Origin: Mobula hypostoma
Taxonomy: Eukaryota
Length of the DNA: 64,000 bases
Assembly (NCBI RefSeq): GCF_963921235.1
Contig: NC_086097.1
Span: 109,122,001 to 109,186,000 of the forward strand
Reading direction: 5' to 3'
Shown here: piece by piece, positions 25,719-38,264 of the stretch
Layout of the letters: every line of letters begins with the position of its first letter
How positions within the stretch are numbered: position 1 is the first letter of the stretch
Notes under the pieces: generated by a model
What the model was told of the DNA's origin: nothing
Seen by the model: the letters and a program-made list of their open reading frames with translations, nothing else
Database searches by the model: none
Program-made: the position numbers and the translations under genes

Positions 25719-26574
25719 TGTTACGTATCCCATAACTGGGTTGTCAAACCAGCAGAAGTGGAACACTCGTTGGAGTCTGTGATTACTAGAAACTAATAAA
25801 GTTTTATTTAAAAAAAAAGTAATACAGTACACTAACCGCAAGGATATAAATGTAACAGGTTAGCAATGATAATACACACATATACACAGAAATAGGGTAA
25901 TAGGAATCAACCAAGCTCTATTGCAGTCTAGGGGTAAAATAATTGGTCTTAAGGTGAAGCAGGGTTCAGTTCAGTCTAGTGTAGTTCGAAGTAGTCGCTG
26001 TTGTACCATTGGAGAGAGAGAGAGAGAGTGAGAGATACAGTTGAGGTTTCAGGCAAACCTTTCGAGGCCTTCTGATCCTGTTGTGGTCACCGACTGTGAC
26101 CCCTCTGTTCCGGATACGATCATTCTTCCGTGGTGAACCCGGCACCCAGGCAAGGGCGGACACACAACAGGTTCCCACTGGTCGTACCTTTATACCCTGT
26201 GAGTCTCTGACCGATTCCTGCGAATCGGTCCTCCAAACTCCTGCCAACTTGTGGGGCACAATGCTCTTTCCAGGGTCTCGTGGTGTGTGTCCTGTGCCTT
26301 AGCAAACCCACTATTTTATCCCCCACCCCTGATGGGGTATCACCTGTCCATCAAACTTCACACTTCCTATTGCCTCAGCAGGATTGTTAATGAACAGTTC
26401 AGGTTCACAGCAAACTGTCTGTGGCAGACGCCAACATACTGAGTTATGTGTCTCTCTCTCATTATCTCTCTCTTCTCTCTTATTAGCATTTTGAATGGCT
26501 CTCCTTTGTCTCTCGTTATCTCTCTCTCATTAACAGCATCCGTTCTGCAGCTCTGCTTGGCCTCACACATGACA
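25719..26574 (-). mobile_element. Solo LTR inserted in the chromovirus 5' LTR
   Basis: TGTTA...TGACA termini; 4-bp TSD cctc at 25715-25718 and 26575-26578; the host LTR resumes on both sides when compared with the 3' LTR. Confidence 0.85.
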
Positions 26575-29126
26575 CCTCATACTTCTTTACTTGTATGAAC
26601 CAGCGAGCCTCAATCTGTTGCTCCTAGCCTTCAGTTGCCTTGTATGTTAAGTATCTGTACTCTCTTGTTTTGTGGCCTCTCATGGCTTGTTATTTTGCAG
26701 TTTATTAGTGAAATATCATCCACTGCTGAATCTCCTCCATTGCTCTGTTTTTGGGTCAAATGTTCTGTACATTTTCTGACTGGATGAGTGTAGCAACGAT
26801 TGACCCAGCAGAGTATTATCACCTAAAAGAAGCCACATGATTCTGAAGCAGCAGTAAAACATTGACCATCTGCTCCCCACTCTTAGCCAACTCTGTCTTG
26901 ATACTGCAATCCAAAGAGACTCTTGACCTCACCAAACTCCCACAGGAATACCACAACTTAGTCATTGCCTTCAGTAAAAGGGAAGCCAGCACTCTGCCAC
27001 CCCACAGACCACACGACTGCTGGATCGACCTCCTTATGGGCACTACCCTTCCATGTGATCATCTGTTCTCCCTCTCTCCTCTTGAGCCCCAAGCCAATAA
27101 TGACTACATCGCTGAAGCGCCACAGCACAGCTTAATTCGACCATCCCAGTCCCCATTTGGTGCAGGATTCTTCTTTGTCCAAAAGATAGATGGGGGTCTT
27201 TGTCCTTGCATCGATGACTAAGGACTCAACAAAATCACCTTAAGAACGCTGCCTTCTCCCCGATGGATAGCAAATTCACAGCTCTCCTTGGAGCCCTGAT
27301 CTTCACCAAACTGGATCTACGAAGCACATATAACCTGATCCGCATCTGCCAGGGGGATGAGTGGAAGGTGGCATTCATAACGCCCCCTGGCCAATATGAA
27401 TACCTGGTGGTGCCTTTTGGACTTTCCAACAGTCAAACCATTTTCCAAGCCTTCATCAGTGAGATCCTCTGAAACATACTACACAGGTATGTGTTTGTCA
27501 ACCTTGATGATGTCCTCATCTTCTCTATGGAGCCCCAAAACCATGTCTGCCATGTCAATTCAGTCCTTCAGCATCTCATTGAAAACCAGCTGTACTGCAC
27601 TTGGAGAAATGCCAGTTCCACACCTCAGTCATTTGCTTCTGGGTTACATCCTTTCAACCCAAGGTATAACCATGGACTCAGAGAAAGTGCATGCCTTTAA
27701 TGAATGGCCCCGACCATGCTCCCTGAAACAGCTCCAGCACTTCTTGGCTTCTGCAACTTCTACTGCTGTTTCATCTAAATCTACAACTGAGTTGTTGCTC
27801 TATCACCACCCTCACCAAATTACCTACCTCATAGATAACCTGGTCAGCTGCCATGGATCATGTTTTCAAAGAGCTCAAGGGACACTTCACCACTGCCCCC
27901 ATTCTCCGCCATCCAAATCTCTCCAGATCTTTTGTGGTAGAGGTGGATGCATTTGACATGGCTGCTGGAGCCATCTTCGCCCAGTGAATGGGAAGACACA
28001 TTCTTGTGCCGCCTTCTTGTGAAAGCTCAACTCTACGCAGTGCTAGTAAGGAGCAGGACATAAGGAGCTACTCACCATTAAATGGGCCTTGGAGGAATGG
28101 AGATGTTCACTGACTGGAAACATCAAGCCCTTCCTGATCTGGACTGACCACCAGAAACTCATATCCATAGAACAGACCCATCATCTCGACCCATGTCAGG
28201 CTCGCCGGGCCCCATCTTTTTAGTATTTCAACTTCACCATCTCCTACCGACCCGGATCCAAGAACGCTAAGGCGGACACCCTGTCAAGACAGTTTGATCC
28301 AGCTGAAGCAGATTGTCATTTCGTCCATCGTTCCATCCTCCCAGATCCTTGCCCCAATCATCTGAGACCTTCAGAACCCGATCCACCAAGCCCTGCAGCA
28401 TGAGCCTGCTCCGGACCACACACCTGACAATAGTATGTATGTGTTTGTGGGCATGCACTCCAAGGCCCTCCCGTGGGCCCACTGCTCATCCCTCTCCACC
28501 CATTCAGGTGCACGACGGACCCTAGATTTTTTTGCAACACTGGTTCTGGTGACCCACCATGATCACAGATGTATGTCAGTTTGTCACTGCCTGCCCACAA
28601 TGTGCCCAGTTCAAATTCTCCAAATAATGCCCCTCTGCGCTCCTATATAACCATATAACAAATACAGCACGGAAACAGGCCATCTTGGCCCTTCTAGTCC
28701 ATGCCGAACCCTTACTCTCACCTAGTCCCACCGACCTGCACTCAGCCCATAACCCTCCATTCCTTTCCTGTCCATATATCTATCCAATTTAACTTTAAAT
28801 GACAACATCAAACCTGCCTCAACCACTTCTGCTGGAAGCTCGTTTCACACAGCTACCATTCTCCTGAGTAAAGAAGTTCCCCCTCATGTTACCCCTAAAC
28901 TTTTGTCCTTTAACTCTCAACTCATGGCCTCTTGTTTGAATCTTCCCCACTCTCAATAGAAAAAGCCTATCCAAGTCAACTCTATCAATCCCCTTCATAA
29001 TTTTAAACACCTCTATCAAGTCCCCCCTCAACCTTCTATGCTCCAAAGAATAAAGACCAACTTGTTCAACCTTTCTCTAACTTAGGAGATGAAACCCAGG
29101 CAACATTTTAGTAAACCTTCTCTGTA

Positions 29127-30896
29127 TTATGGGGAGCAAGGACATGGCAGACCAATTGAATAATTACTTTGGTTCTGTCTTCACTAAGGAGGACATAAAT
29201 AATCTTCCAGAAATAGTAAGGGACAGAGGGTCCAGTGAGATGGAGGAACTGAGCGAAATACATGTTAGTAGGGAAGTGGTGTTAGGTAAATTGAAGGGAT
29301 TGAAGGCAGATAAATCCCCAGGGCCAGATGGTCTGCATCCCAGAGTGCTTAAGGAAGTGGCCCAAGAAATAGTGGATGCATTAGTGATAATTTTTCAAAA
29401 CTCGTTAGATTCTGGACTAGTTCCTGAGGATTGGAGGGTGGCTAATGTAACCCCACTTTTTAAAAAAGGAGGGAGAGAGAAACCGGGGAATTATAGGCCG
29501 GTTAGCCTAACGTCGGTGGTGGGGAAACTGCTGGAGTCAGTTATCAAGGATGTGATAACAGCACATTTGGAAAGCGGTGAAATGATCGGACAAAGTCAGC
29601 ATGGATTTGTGAAAGGAAAATCATGTCTGACGAATCTAATAGAATTTTTTGAGGATGTAACTAGTAGAGTGGATAGGGGAGAACCAGTGGATGTGGTATA
29701 TTTGGATTTTCAAAAGGCTTTTGACAAGGTCCCACATAGGAGATTAGTGTGCAAACTTAAAGCACACGGTATTGGGGGTAAGGTATTGGTGTGGGTGGAG
29801 AATTGGTTAGCAGACAGGAAGCAAAGAGTGGGAATAAACGGGACCTTTTCAGAATGGCAGGCGGTGACTAGTGGGGTACCGCAAGGCTCAGTGCTGGGAC
29901 CCCAGTTGTTTACAATATATATTAATGACTTGGATGAGGGAATTAAATGCAGCATCTCCAAGTTTGCGGATGACACGAAGCTGGGTGGCAGTGTTAGCAG
30001 TGAGGAGGATGCTAAGAGGATGCAGGGTGACTTGGATAGGTTGGGTGAGTGGGCAAACTCATGGCAGATGCAATTTAATGTGGATAAATGTGAAGTTATC
30101 CACTTTGGTGGCAAAAATAGGAAAACAGATTATTATCTGAATGGTGGCCGATTAGGAAAAGGGGAGGTGCAACGAGACCTGGGTGTCATTATACACCAGT
30201 CATTGAAAGTGGGCATGCAGGTACAGCAGGCGGTGAAAAAGGCGAACGGTATGCTGGCATTTATAGCGAGAGGATTCGAGTACAGGAGCAGGGAGGTACT
30301 ACTGCAGTTGTACAAGGCCTTGGTGAGACCACACCTGGAGTATTGTGTGCAGTTTTGGTCCCCTAATCTGAGGAAAGACATCTTTGCCATAGAGGGAGTA
30401 CAAAGAAGGTTCACCAGATTGATTCCTGGGATGGCAGGTCTTTCATATGAAGAAAGACTGGATGAACTGGGCTTGTACTCGTTGGAATTTAGAAGATTGA
30501 GGGGGGATCTGATTGAAACGTATAAGATCCTAAAGGGATTGGACAGGCTAGATGCAGGAAGATTGTTCCCGATGTTGGGGAGGTCTAGAACGAGGGGTCA
30601 CAGTTTGAGGATAGAGGGGAAGCCTTTTAGGACCGAGGTTAGGAAAAACTTCTTCACACAGAGAGTGGTGAATCTGTGGAATTCTCTGCCACAGCAAACT
30701 GTTGAGGCCAGTTCATTAGCTATGTTTAAAAGGAAGTTAGATATGGCCCTTGTGGCTACAGGGGTCAGGGGGTATGGAGGGAAGGCTGGGTTCTGAGTTG
30801 GATGATCAGCCATGATCATAATAAATGGCGGTGCAGGCTCGAAGGGCCGAATGGCCTACTCCTGCACCTATTTTCTATGTTTCTATGTTTCTATGT
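29127..30896 (+). mobile_element. Young 5'-truncated CR1 LINE
   Basis: Unbroken ORF2 3' part, 3' UTR and (TTTCTATG)3 tail at about 30872-30896; the flanks rejoin as the older CR1 (ctctgta|ctctct). Confidence 0.95.
29129..30796 (+). CDS. CR1 ORF2 reverse transcriptase, 555-aa open frame lacking the APE endonuclease
   Basis: KSPGPDGLHP, NYRPVSLTSVVGK, YLDFQKAFDKVPH, GVPQGSVLGP, KFADDTKL, LVRPHLEYCVQFWSP, FFTQRVVNLWNSLP; no stops or frameshifts. Confidence 0.9.
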   Translation: MGSKDMADQLNNYFGSVFTKEDINNLPEIVRDRGSSEMEELSEIHVSREVVLGKLKGLKADKSPGPDGLHPRVLKEVAQEIVDALVIIFQNSLDSGLVPEDWRVANVTPLFKKGGREKPGNYRPVSLTSVVGKLLESVIKDVITAHLESGEMIGQSQHGFVKGKSCLTNLIEFFEDVTSRVDRGEPVDVVYLDFQKAFDKVPHRRLVCKLKAHGIGGKVLVWVENWLADRKQRVGINGTFSEWQAVTSGVPQGSVLGPQLFTIYINDLDEGIKCSISKFADDTKLGGSVSSEEDAKRMQGDLDRLGEWANSWQMQFNVDKCEVIHFGGKNRKTDYYLNGGRLGKGEVQRDLGVIIHQSLKVGMQVQQAVKKANGMLAFIARGFEYRSREVLLQLYKALVRPHLEYCVQFWSPNLRKDIFAIEGVQRRFTRLIPGMAGLSYEERLDELGLYSLEFRRLRGDLIETYKILKGLDRLDAGRLFPMLGRSRTRGHSLRIEGKPFRTEVRKNFFTQRVVNLWNSLPQQTVEASSLAMFKRKLDMALVATGVRGYGGKAGF

Positions 30897-33800
30897 ACTC
30901 TCTGAATTTTATTGACATCTTTCCTATAATTCGGTGACCAGAATTGTACACAATACTCCAAATTTGGCCTTACCAATGCCCTATACAATTTCAACATTAC
31001 ATCCCAACTCCTATACTCAATGCTCTGATTAATAAAAGCCAGCATACCAAACGCTTTCTTCACCACCCTATCCACATGAGATTCCACCTTCAGGGAACTA
31101 TGCACCATTATTCCTGGATCCCTCTGTTCTACAGCATTCTTCAATGCCCTACCATTTGCCATGTATGTCCTGTAGCCCCTACTCATCCCTTGATGACTGT
31201 GGTTCCACATCGCCACGGATTTCATCACAGGTTTGCCATCTTCCGATGATAACTGTGGTAGACCAGTTCTCCAAGGCGGCTCACTTCATTGCTTCCCCCA
31301 AACTTCCGTCAGCCATTGAGATGGTTCTCCAATATACAGTTTTCATCCACTGTTTCCCCCAGGCCATTGTGTTGGACCAGGGTCCACAATCTGTCACCCA
31401 CTTCTTATCCCTCCTCCACACCTCAGTGAGTTTATCCTCTGTCTATCATTTGCAGGCCAATGGTCAATCAGAAAGAGCCAATCAGCAAGTGGAGAAGTTT
31501 CTACGAGGCTTAAGTGCCTCTAGACTTCCCACATGGAAGACGTATCTGCTGTTGGCTGAGCTGTCCCATAATCTACACTCCTTCACTGTCACAGTTATGT
31601 CTGAGATCACAGGTATGCTACTTTGAAGTCCTTCATGGCTACCAATCCCCCTGTTGTTTCCCACAGAGGAGCTACAGTATTAGTGAAGGTCCCATCTGTC
31701 AGGGCCCTGGTTTGCCAGTGCCAGAATGCTTGGAAGAGGGCACAAAGGGTTATCCTAGATGCCAACCACGCCTACTGCCTCCAGTCTAACTGTCTTTGGT
31801 GCCCAGCCAGACTACTCCGGCCTAAGGATCATACCTGGCTGTCCACCCGAGACTTCCGCCCTTTTCATGGACCACTGAACCCACCTGCACCTGCACCTCC
31901 AAAAGCAAGGAAGGTGGAAGATGGTCCAGTGTACACGGTTTGCAGGTCGATGAATTCACGTCAGTGTGGATGAGGTGTGCAGTTTCTAGTCAACTAGGAT
32001 GGGTATGGCTTGGAGGAGAGGTCTTGGGTGTTGTCCTGTTTCATCTTTGATCCATCGCTAATCAGAGTTCCAGTGGACCCACCTGGATTGACCTGGGCCA
32101 TCAGGTACTGGCTGTAGGGGAGGAAGGGCACGCTGTCAGGCCTGAACAGGCAGGCACCTCCCAGCTAACAGGAATCTCCTGCCACTCATTTCCAAACCAT
32201 CACCTGCAGCCTATTTAAACCCAGCTCTCATCCACGTCTTGTTCACTCACATGAACCAGCCAGCCTCAATCAGTTGTTCCAAGCCTTCAGTTACCTTGTC
32301 ATTTTAAGCATCTGTTCTTTCCTGTTTTGTGGCCCTTTGTGGCTTGTTATTTTGCAGTTCATTAGTTAAAGGGTTGTTTACTGCTAAATCATCTCTGCTA
32401 CTCTGTTTTTGGGTCAAGCCTCCTCAGCATTTCCTAACAAGTGTGCTACTGTTTCCATCCAATCCCCTTTGCAGGAGCTTCATCTTAACTTTATCCTTTA
32501 ACAAACAGAAGGTAGTCCAATGTGTAACAGCATACGGGAGTATGACCATAAGCTGTGAAGCATGCAGAACTGTGGTGTTGTGGCAGAGGTCGCTGTGTAT
32601 TTGTTCTTCAGCGATCCACGCGTGCTGCTACATTTGACACACCAGCACAAACTCATCAAATGCTTGATAGCTCTGGCGTCCCACTTATGCCACATGCAGA
32701 AAATGAGAGCTCTGTTGCAGCTCAAGCTATGATCAAACTAATAGCATTCTTAGCAAACCAGGTTGCTCTGAAAGAGCCGTAGTTGGCAGTGGTATCCTGC
32801 GGCCCTTTGCAGAACTTTTCCATCATGAAGATATCACGATTGCACCATTTAAGATAAGTTTGTATAAGTATATGGATGGGAGGCGTATGTGTGTCAAGTC
32901 AATGGGACAACAGCTCACATAGACTAGATGGGCTGAAGGGCCTGCTTCTGTGTTGTAGTACTCTACAACTCTATGAGGTCAATCCAGTAATCAGCAAACA
33001 ATCAGGATGAGAACAAATATTAAACGGAAGAGAAAAGACGATCTAAAGAGCCTCCTTCCAACTAATGTGTAATTTCAAAAATATTAACCAACAACAATAT
33101 GTTCACACTAAATTGAACACATTTCCAAATTGCCTGTCTATATTCTAATTGCAGTGGCACCCAATGGTTGGTGAAGGTGACGGACATCAACATTGTTTGG
33201 AGGTAAACCAGCAGACAGCATAGCCTGTGTGGAAATGGTCTGATATGACATCTGTCAGGCGATAGCCAGAGTATTGTAGAATATGGGAGAGAATGTTGCC
33301 TCCCAGGGATTGTATCAATATTCCTAGTAATTTGTTGTAAGGTATACTGGGGGATATCTTCTTTACACACTCGTATCACAGCAGAGGAACTTCCTTGATA
33401 GTTCATCAAACAGAAACATAGGCTGTTTCTCTTTCCACAAATGTTTCCTGACATGCTGAATATTTCTAAATAAAAAAAAAGGCTTTCGAGCATCCGCAGT
33501 TTTTCTTTTGATATTCAAGTTTACTTGGCAGTAATTTGAGGATCTTTTGCTGCCTCTGGGCATTGGATAACTTTTTTATGGAAGGTGTGGTATAGGTGAT
33601 AAACTTGTATCTTACTTGGGACCATATGCGCACAATGGAATTTGCTTTCGTTTCCCTTCTGGAAAGAGTGCCTCAAAGCTATCACAAAGGTCAATGTGCC
33701 TACTTTAGTTTTTTTCTCATTGAACACAGGATTTCTGGAAGACATTCCACTGCCCCACACATTCCATTATGCATATCCATTACACTCTTCCTGAAGTCTG

Positions 33801-34274
33801 CTCCTTCAACATCCTTGTGCAGGATATCCTTGGAACAGTTAAGGTGTACGGAAACATTTGAGCCATGAGTGTGTATAGTGTAGCGAAGTATCTGGATGTT
33901 TGAAATGAGTGGGTGATTCATGAAGATTTGGTGAATTGAGCTGTGTTAGAAGCCAGTGGTGCATTTAGAAGGATATGTTACTGACACTGATCAAGTGTGT
34001 CCGTTCAATGAATTTCGTGCTATATCATATCTTTGTACTTGTTGCTTGACTTCCTAGTATTAGTTGTCATGGCTCTCTGTCCCCATTGTCTGCTGAGCTT
34101 TTGTCTGGAAGGTTTCCTGTTACATTGCAGATTAGAGGCATCACTCCTCCTTCATATTTCCTTCACATTGCCATTTGGACAGCATCCAACCATTTCAGAA
34201 CAGCCCTCTCTGTTACTACATTTTACCATTCACACACTTGACAACTATCAGTCCCTCCAGGCAGAATATATTCA

Positions 34275-34463
34275 TTCATTATGTGTTGTGTTGTATGACG
34301 TAGGCGATCATGGTCTTTCCATGATCATAATGCTCTTGGCAAATTTTTCTACAGAAGTAGCTTGCCATTGCCTTCTTCTGGGCAGAGTCTTTATAAGACG
34401 AATGATCCCTGCCATTATTAATACTCCTTAGAGTTTGTCTGCCTGGCATCAGTGGTCACATAA
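34275..34463 (-). repeat. RTE-tailed SINE, tail half (other half at 37140-37278)
   Basis: Aligns by eye to 19410-19600; breaks at ggtcacataa. Confidence 0.65.
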
Positions 34464-34639
34464 TTAACATCAACATCAAAGTACATTTGTTATCAAATAA
34501 TATATAAATTATACTCCTTGCTTGTTTACAGGCAGCCACAAAGCAAGAACCCAATTTTTTAAAAAAAGAATGAGCATAACTACTGTGTAGACACAGAAGG
34601 GGAAAAAGAACCACCCAACATACAAACAGCAGGAGCAAA

Positions 34640-36968
34640 TGAATTGAATTGACTTTATTCTTACATCCTTCACATACATGAGTAAAAATCTTAACGTTAC
34701 ATCTCCATCTATGTGCAATCATAGTAATTTATAATAAAAAGTACAGTCAATGTAACACAGAAATACAGTTGTATCAGCATGAGTTAATCAATCTGATGGC
34801 CTGGTGGAAAAAGCTGTCCTGGAGCCTGTTGGTCCTGGCTTTTATGTTCCAGTACTGTTTCCTGGATGGTAGCAGCTGGAATAGATGGTGGTTGGGGTGA
34901 TTCAGGTCCCCAATGATCCTACGGGCCCTTTTCTCACACCTGTCTTTATAAATATCCTGAATCACGGGAAGTTCACAACTACAGATGTGCTGGGCTGTCC
35001 ACACCACTCACTGCAGAGTCCTGTGATTGAGGGAAATTCAGTTCCCATACCAGGCAGTGATGCAGCCAGTCAGGATGCTCTCAATTGTGCCCCTGTAGAA
35101 AATTCTTAGGATTTGGGGGCCCATACCAAACTTCCTCAACCGCCTGAGGTGAAAGAGGAGTTGTGCCTTTTTCACCACACAGCTGGTGTGTACAGATCAC
35201 GTGAAGTCCTCGGTGATGTGGATGCCCTCTCAACCCCAGCTCTATTGATGTCAATAGGGGTTAGCCCATCTCCATTCCTGCTGTAATCCACAACCAGCTC
35301 CTTTGTTTTTGTAACATTGAGGGAGAGGTTGTTTTCTTGACACCACTGTGTCAGTATAATGACTTCTTCCCTGTAGGCCACCTCATTATTGTTTGAGATA
35401 AGGCCAATCAAAGTAGTGTCGTCGGCAAATTTAATTAGCAGATTAGAGTTGTGGGTGGTGACACAGTCATGGGTATACAGGGAGTAAAGGAGGGGACTTA
35501 GTACACAGCCCTGAGGGGCTCCTGTGTTGACAGTCAGAGGGTTGGAGGTGAGGGAGCCCACTCTTACCACCTGCTGGCGACCTGACAGGAAGTCCAGGAT
35601 TCAGCTACACAAGGCAGGGTGAAGGCCGAGGTCTCTGAGCTTCTTGTCAAACCTGGATGGAATTACGGTGTTGAATGCTGAACTGTAGTCCATGAACAGC
35701 ATTCTCACATAAGCAACCTTCTTCTCCAGATGTGTAAGGATGGTGTGTAGAGCAGTGGCTGTTGCGTCATCTGTAGATCAGTTGTGTTGGTAGGAGAATT
35801 GTAGGGGGTCTAGTGTGGGTGGTAGCATGCTGCAGATGTAGTCCTTGACCAGCTTCTTAGTGTCATAAGGAGGTGGCTGGGAACGGACCCAAGTGCAAGA
35901 CACAGACACTGTAAGTACTAGGGACAGGACTAGGATACCAGGGTGAGAGCAAGGACATGGACACGAAAACCGGGAACCCAGAACAGGACTGGGCAAGTGA
36001 GCTAGGAGCCTGGGCTTGGACTCCGAGCCAGAGACTGGACAAGGACCCAGTAACTGGTCTTGCCTCTGGCTCGGACCCCAGAACTAGGCAAGGACGAAGC
36101 TTGGCAGGCAGGTAGGACGAGGCTGGAGTCTTCAGGCTTGAGGCTAGAGGCGAGGCTTGGCAGGAGGCTGGAGTCTTCAGGCTTGAGGTTAGAGGCTAGA
36201 GACGAAGCTTGGCAGGAGGCAGGAGGCAGGAGGCTGGAGTCTTCAGGCTTGAGGCTAGGCAGGATCCACCTGGGTAAGACGTGGGCAGGGCGCAGATCAC
36301 CACCCGACGGAGGCAAGGGACAGGAAGGGACAGAACCAACTGCAGGTAACGGCAAGATGGCCTGGCTTACCTGGGCGGAGGCAAGGGACAGGAAGGGAGC
36401 TAGGTACAGGGTGGCTCCAGGACAAGACTGCAGGTGAGATGAGGTGAGAGTTACCAGCAAGACCAGGCAAGGCTTCTGGCAAAGCAAGGCGAGACGAGAA
36501 CTTCAGGCAAGGTGAGAGTTACCGGCAAGACAAGGCAGGGCTTCAGGCATTGCAAGGCGAAACGAGAACTTCAGGTGAGGCGAGAGTTACCGGCAAGACA
36601 AGGCAGGGCTTCAGGTGAGGAAACAGAAGGCAGAGGAAGGGATACAAGGAGTAAGGACAAGAACAATCCAGCACCTGCGCCCTGGTCTTTGAAGGTATTT
36701 ATGCAGCCAGCCCCAACGAGCATCAGCTGACTCAATTAGAGCTCAACAAGAACAGAAACGGGGTAGACAGGAAAACCTGGAGCAAGGGTCAATGGACCGG
36801 ACCGTGAACTGGAATTTGGACTTCACAGACCGGACCATGACACTCAGAGCATTTGCTTATTATTGAGGTGAGTGTGATACGACACCAGTCGTTCAGACAT
36901 GTTACCTTGGTCTTTTTTGGTACAGGGACAATGTGGATAATTTGAAGTAGGAGGGCACTCTACACTGG
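34640..36968 (-). mobile_element. Rex1/Babar LINE split by a solo LTR
   Basis: ORFs 35172-35570(-) TGAPQGCVLSPLLYSLYTHD...KFADDT, 34774-35007(-) and LDPLQFSY at 35790; (GAATT)n tail at 34640; coding remnant resumes after 36847. Confidence 0.88.
35861..36842 (-). mobile_element. Solo LTR with internal tandem repeats
   Basis: TGTCAT...ATGACA termini; flanks cttag (35856-35860) and ctcag (36843-36847) form a 5-bp TSD with one mismatch; gaggctggagtcttcaggcttgagg x3 and gagagttacc(a/g)gcaagac x3 inside. Confidence 0.82.
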
Positions 36969-37139
36969 GACATCATTTTGAACCGGATTGAGTTCTTAGG
37001 TCTGGTCCCTGAAGCAGCCGGGGTAGTAGGCCCAAGCCTTGATCTCAGTTCATCATATTAGTGGGGCAAAAATGCTGCAAAACTCGCAGATGACCACCAC
37101 CAGAGAGAGGAATGAACATCGTGGGAGAGCATGTCATCT

Positions 37140-37278
37140 GCACCACCTGCTCCCATGGCTTCATGTGATCCTAATCAGGGGGCTAAGCAGGTGCTACACC
37201 ATGCCCAAAGGTGACCTGCGGGCTAACGGAGGGAAGGAGCACCTTACACCTCCTTTGGTCGAAATGTATCTCCACCCA
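37140..37278 (-). repeat. RTE-tailed SINE, head half
   Basis: ccacctgctcccatggcttca...ggctaagcaggtgctacacc...cctttggtcgaaatgtatctccaccc matches 19640-19765. Confidence 0.65.
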
Positions 37279-38264
37279 ATAAATTGCCTCTCTTAAAACA
37301 GGTGCAATTCAGGTTGAAGCAGTTCATAGTTGCTTTAACTGACGGTAGCCCCCTGTGAAAATGGCCATTGGCTTATTTGTCAGTTGAGCTCAATTAACAC
37401 TTTTATCCCCAGAGAAGGTTGTTGATTCCATTTCCAGTTCATAGGTCTAAATACAAGAATTAAGTGATGTGCTGCTGTAGTACTAAGAGAACATTGTCCC
37501 TGGGATAAGATATTAAATCCTCTGCCTCAGGTGAATATGAAGAAGAAATCCTCAGGCATTATTATGAAAAAGTACAAGGGTGTTTGCCGTGTAAACAAGA
37601 GGTCTAGAACTGGAGGGTGTGGTGTTATGGTAAAGGATGAAACATCAGAAAACAATACAGAGAAATTTCTTCTTTTGAAGGGTTGTGTCTCTGCAGAGCT
37701 CTTTGGATAGCTGATCCATTTAACATATTCAAAGAAGAGACAGAGCTTTGCACTATGAGGGAACCAAAACTCAGATGAGGAAGTACAAAAAGATCATCTC
37801 ACTATGATCAGACAGAAATTGTCAGCCTTGCGAGTCATTTAGCTTACAATATCTATTGTGTTCCTAGCAATGAAATATTCAAAATTCCCACCCATCCCAT
37901 GCATGACTTTGCTATGTCAAATTTCAGTCTTTATCTGATTTTTTTATTCATAAAAATGACTTGCCCTCAATAATAATTCATTGAGACCAATTTTCTTAAT
38001 ATGTTGCTCCCCCACAGAAAAGAATATTAGAGACTGATATATAGGAGAGTTATAGATGTAAAATAGAGAAAAACAACATAAATTCATTGGTAGGAAATGT
38101 ACTGTTAGAGTTAAAATGATATTTCTGTATGATATTTCAAATGAATTCATTATGCAGTGTGAATGAAAAACCCTCAAAATAGAACTCAGACTGAAGTTTT
38201 CCAGGACCTGCTGACAATGTGAAGTTCACCAATTTTCTAACAGCACTTTAATTTGTTTAATTAG

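Larger units (their letters stand above)
28645..31167 (-). mobile_element. Older CR1 LINE inserted in chromovirus pol and itself split by a younger CR1
   Basis: ORFs 28819-29046(-) and 30875-31228(-) are consecutive CR1 RT C-terminal pieces (LVRPNLEYCVQFWSP; RRLRGDLIEVFKI); tcct is repeated at 28641-28644 and 31168-31171. Confidence 0.88.
25591..32439 (+). mobile_element. Gypsy chromovirus (sushi-like) LTR retrotransposon, gag-less, decayed, with nested insertions
   Basis: TSD agtgt at 25586-25590 and 32440-32444. 5' LTR 25591 to about 26781 (interrupted) and 3' LTR 32134-32439 after PPT ggggaggaaggg. RT motifs [56 protein letters not shown]; RNase H VEVDA; integrase VVDQFSKAAHF, DQGPQ, QANGQSERANQ; chromodomain-like YTV...FLVN*DGYGLEERSWV. 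Confidence 0.92.

Noticed and set aside
272..32439. Idea that the gag-only Gypsy and the pol-only chromovirus complement each other
   Set aside because: Their LTRs and lineages are unrelated and both have multiple frameshifts and stops.
36002..36730. ORFs with repeated peptides (LKPEDSSL, RLESSGLRL) and a CRISPR-like look of spaced repeats
   Set aside because: These are translations of tandem units inside a solo LTR; the spacers are related to each other and irregular, there are no cas genes, and the context is a vertebrate intron.
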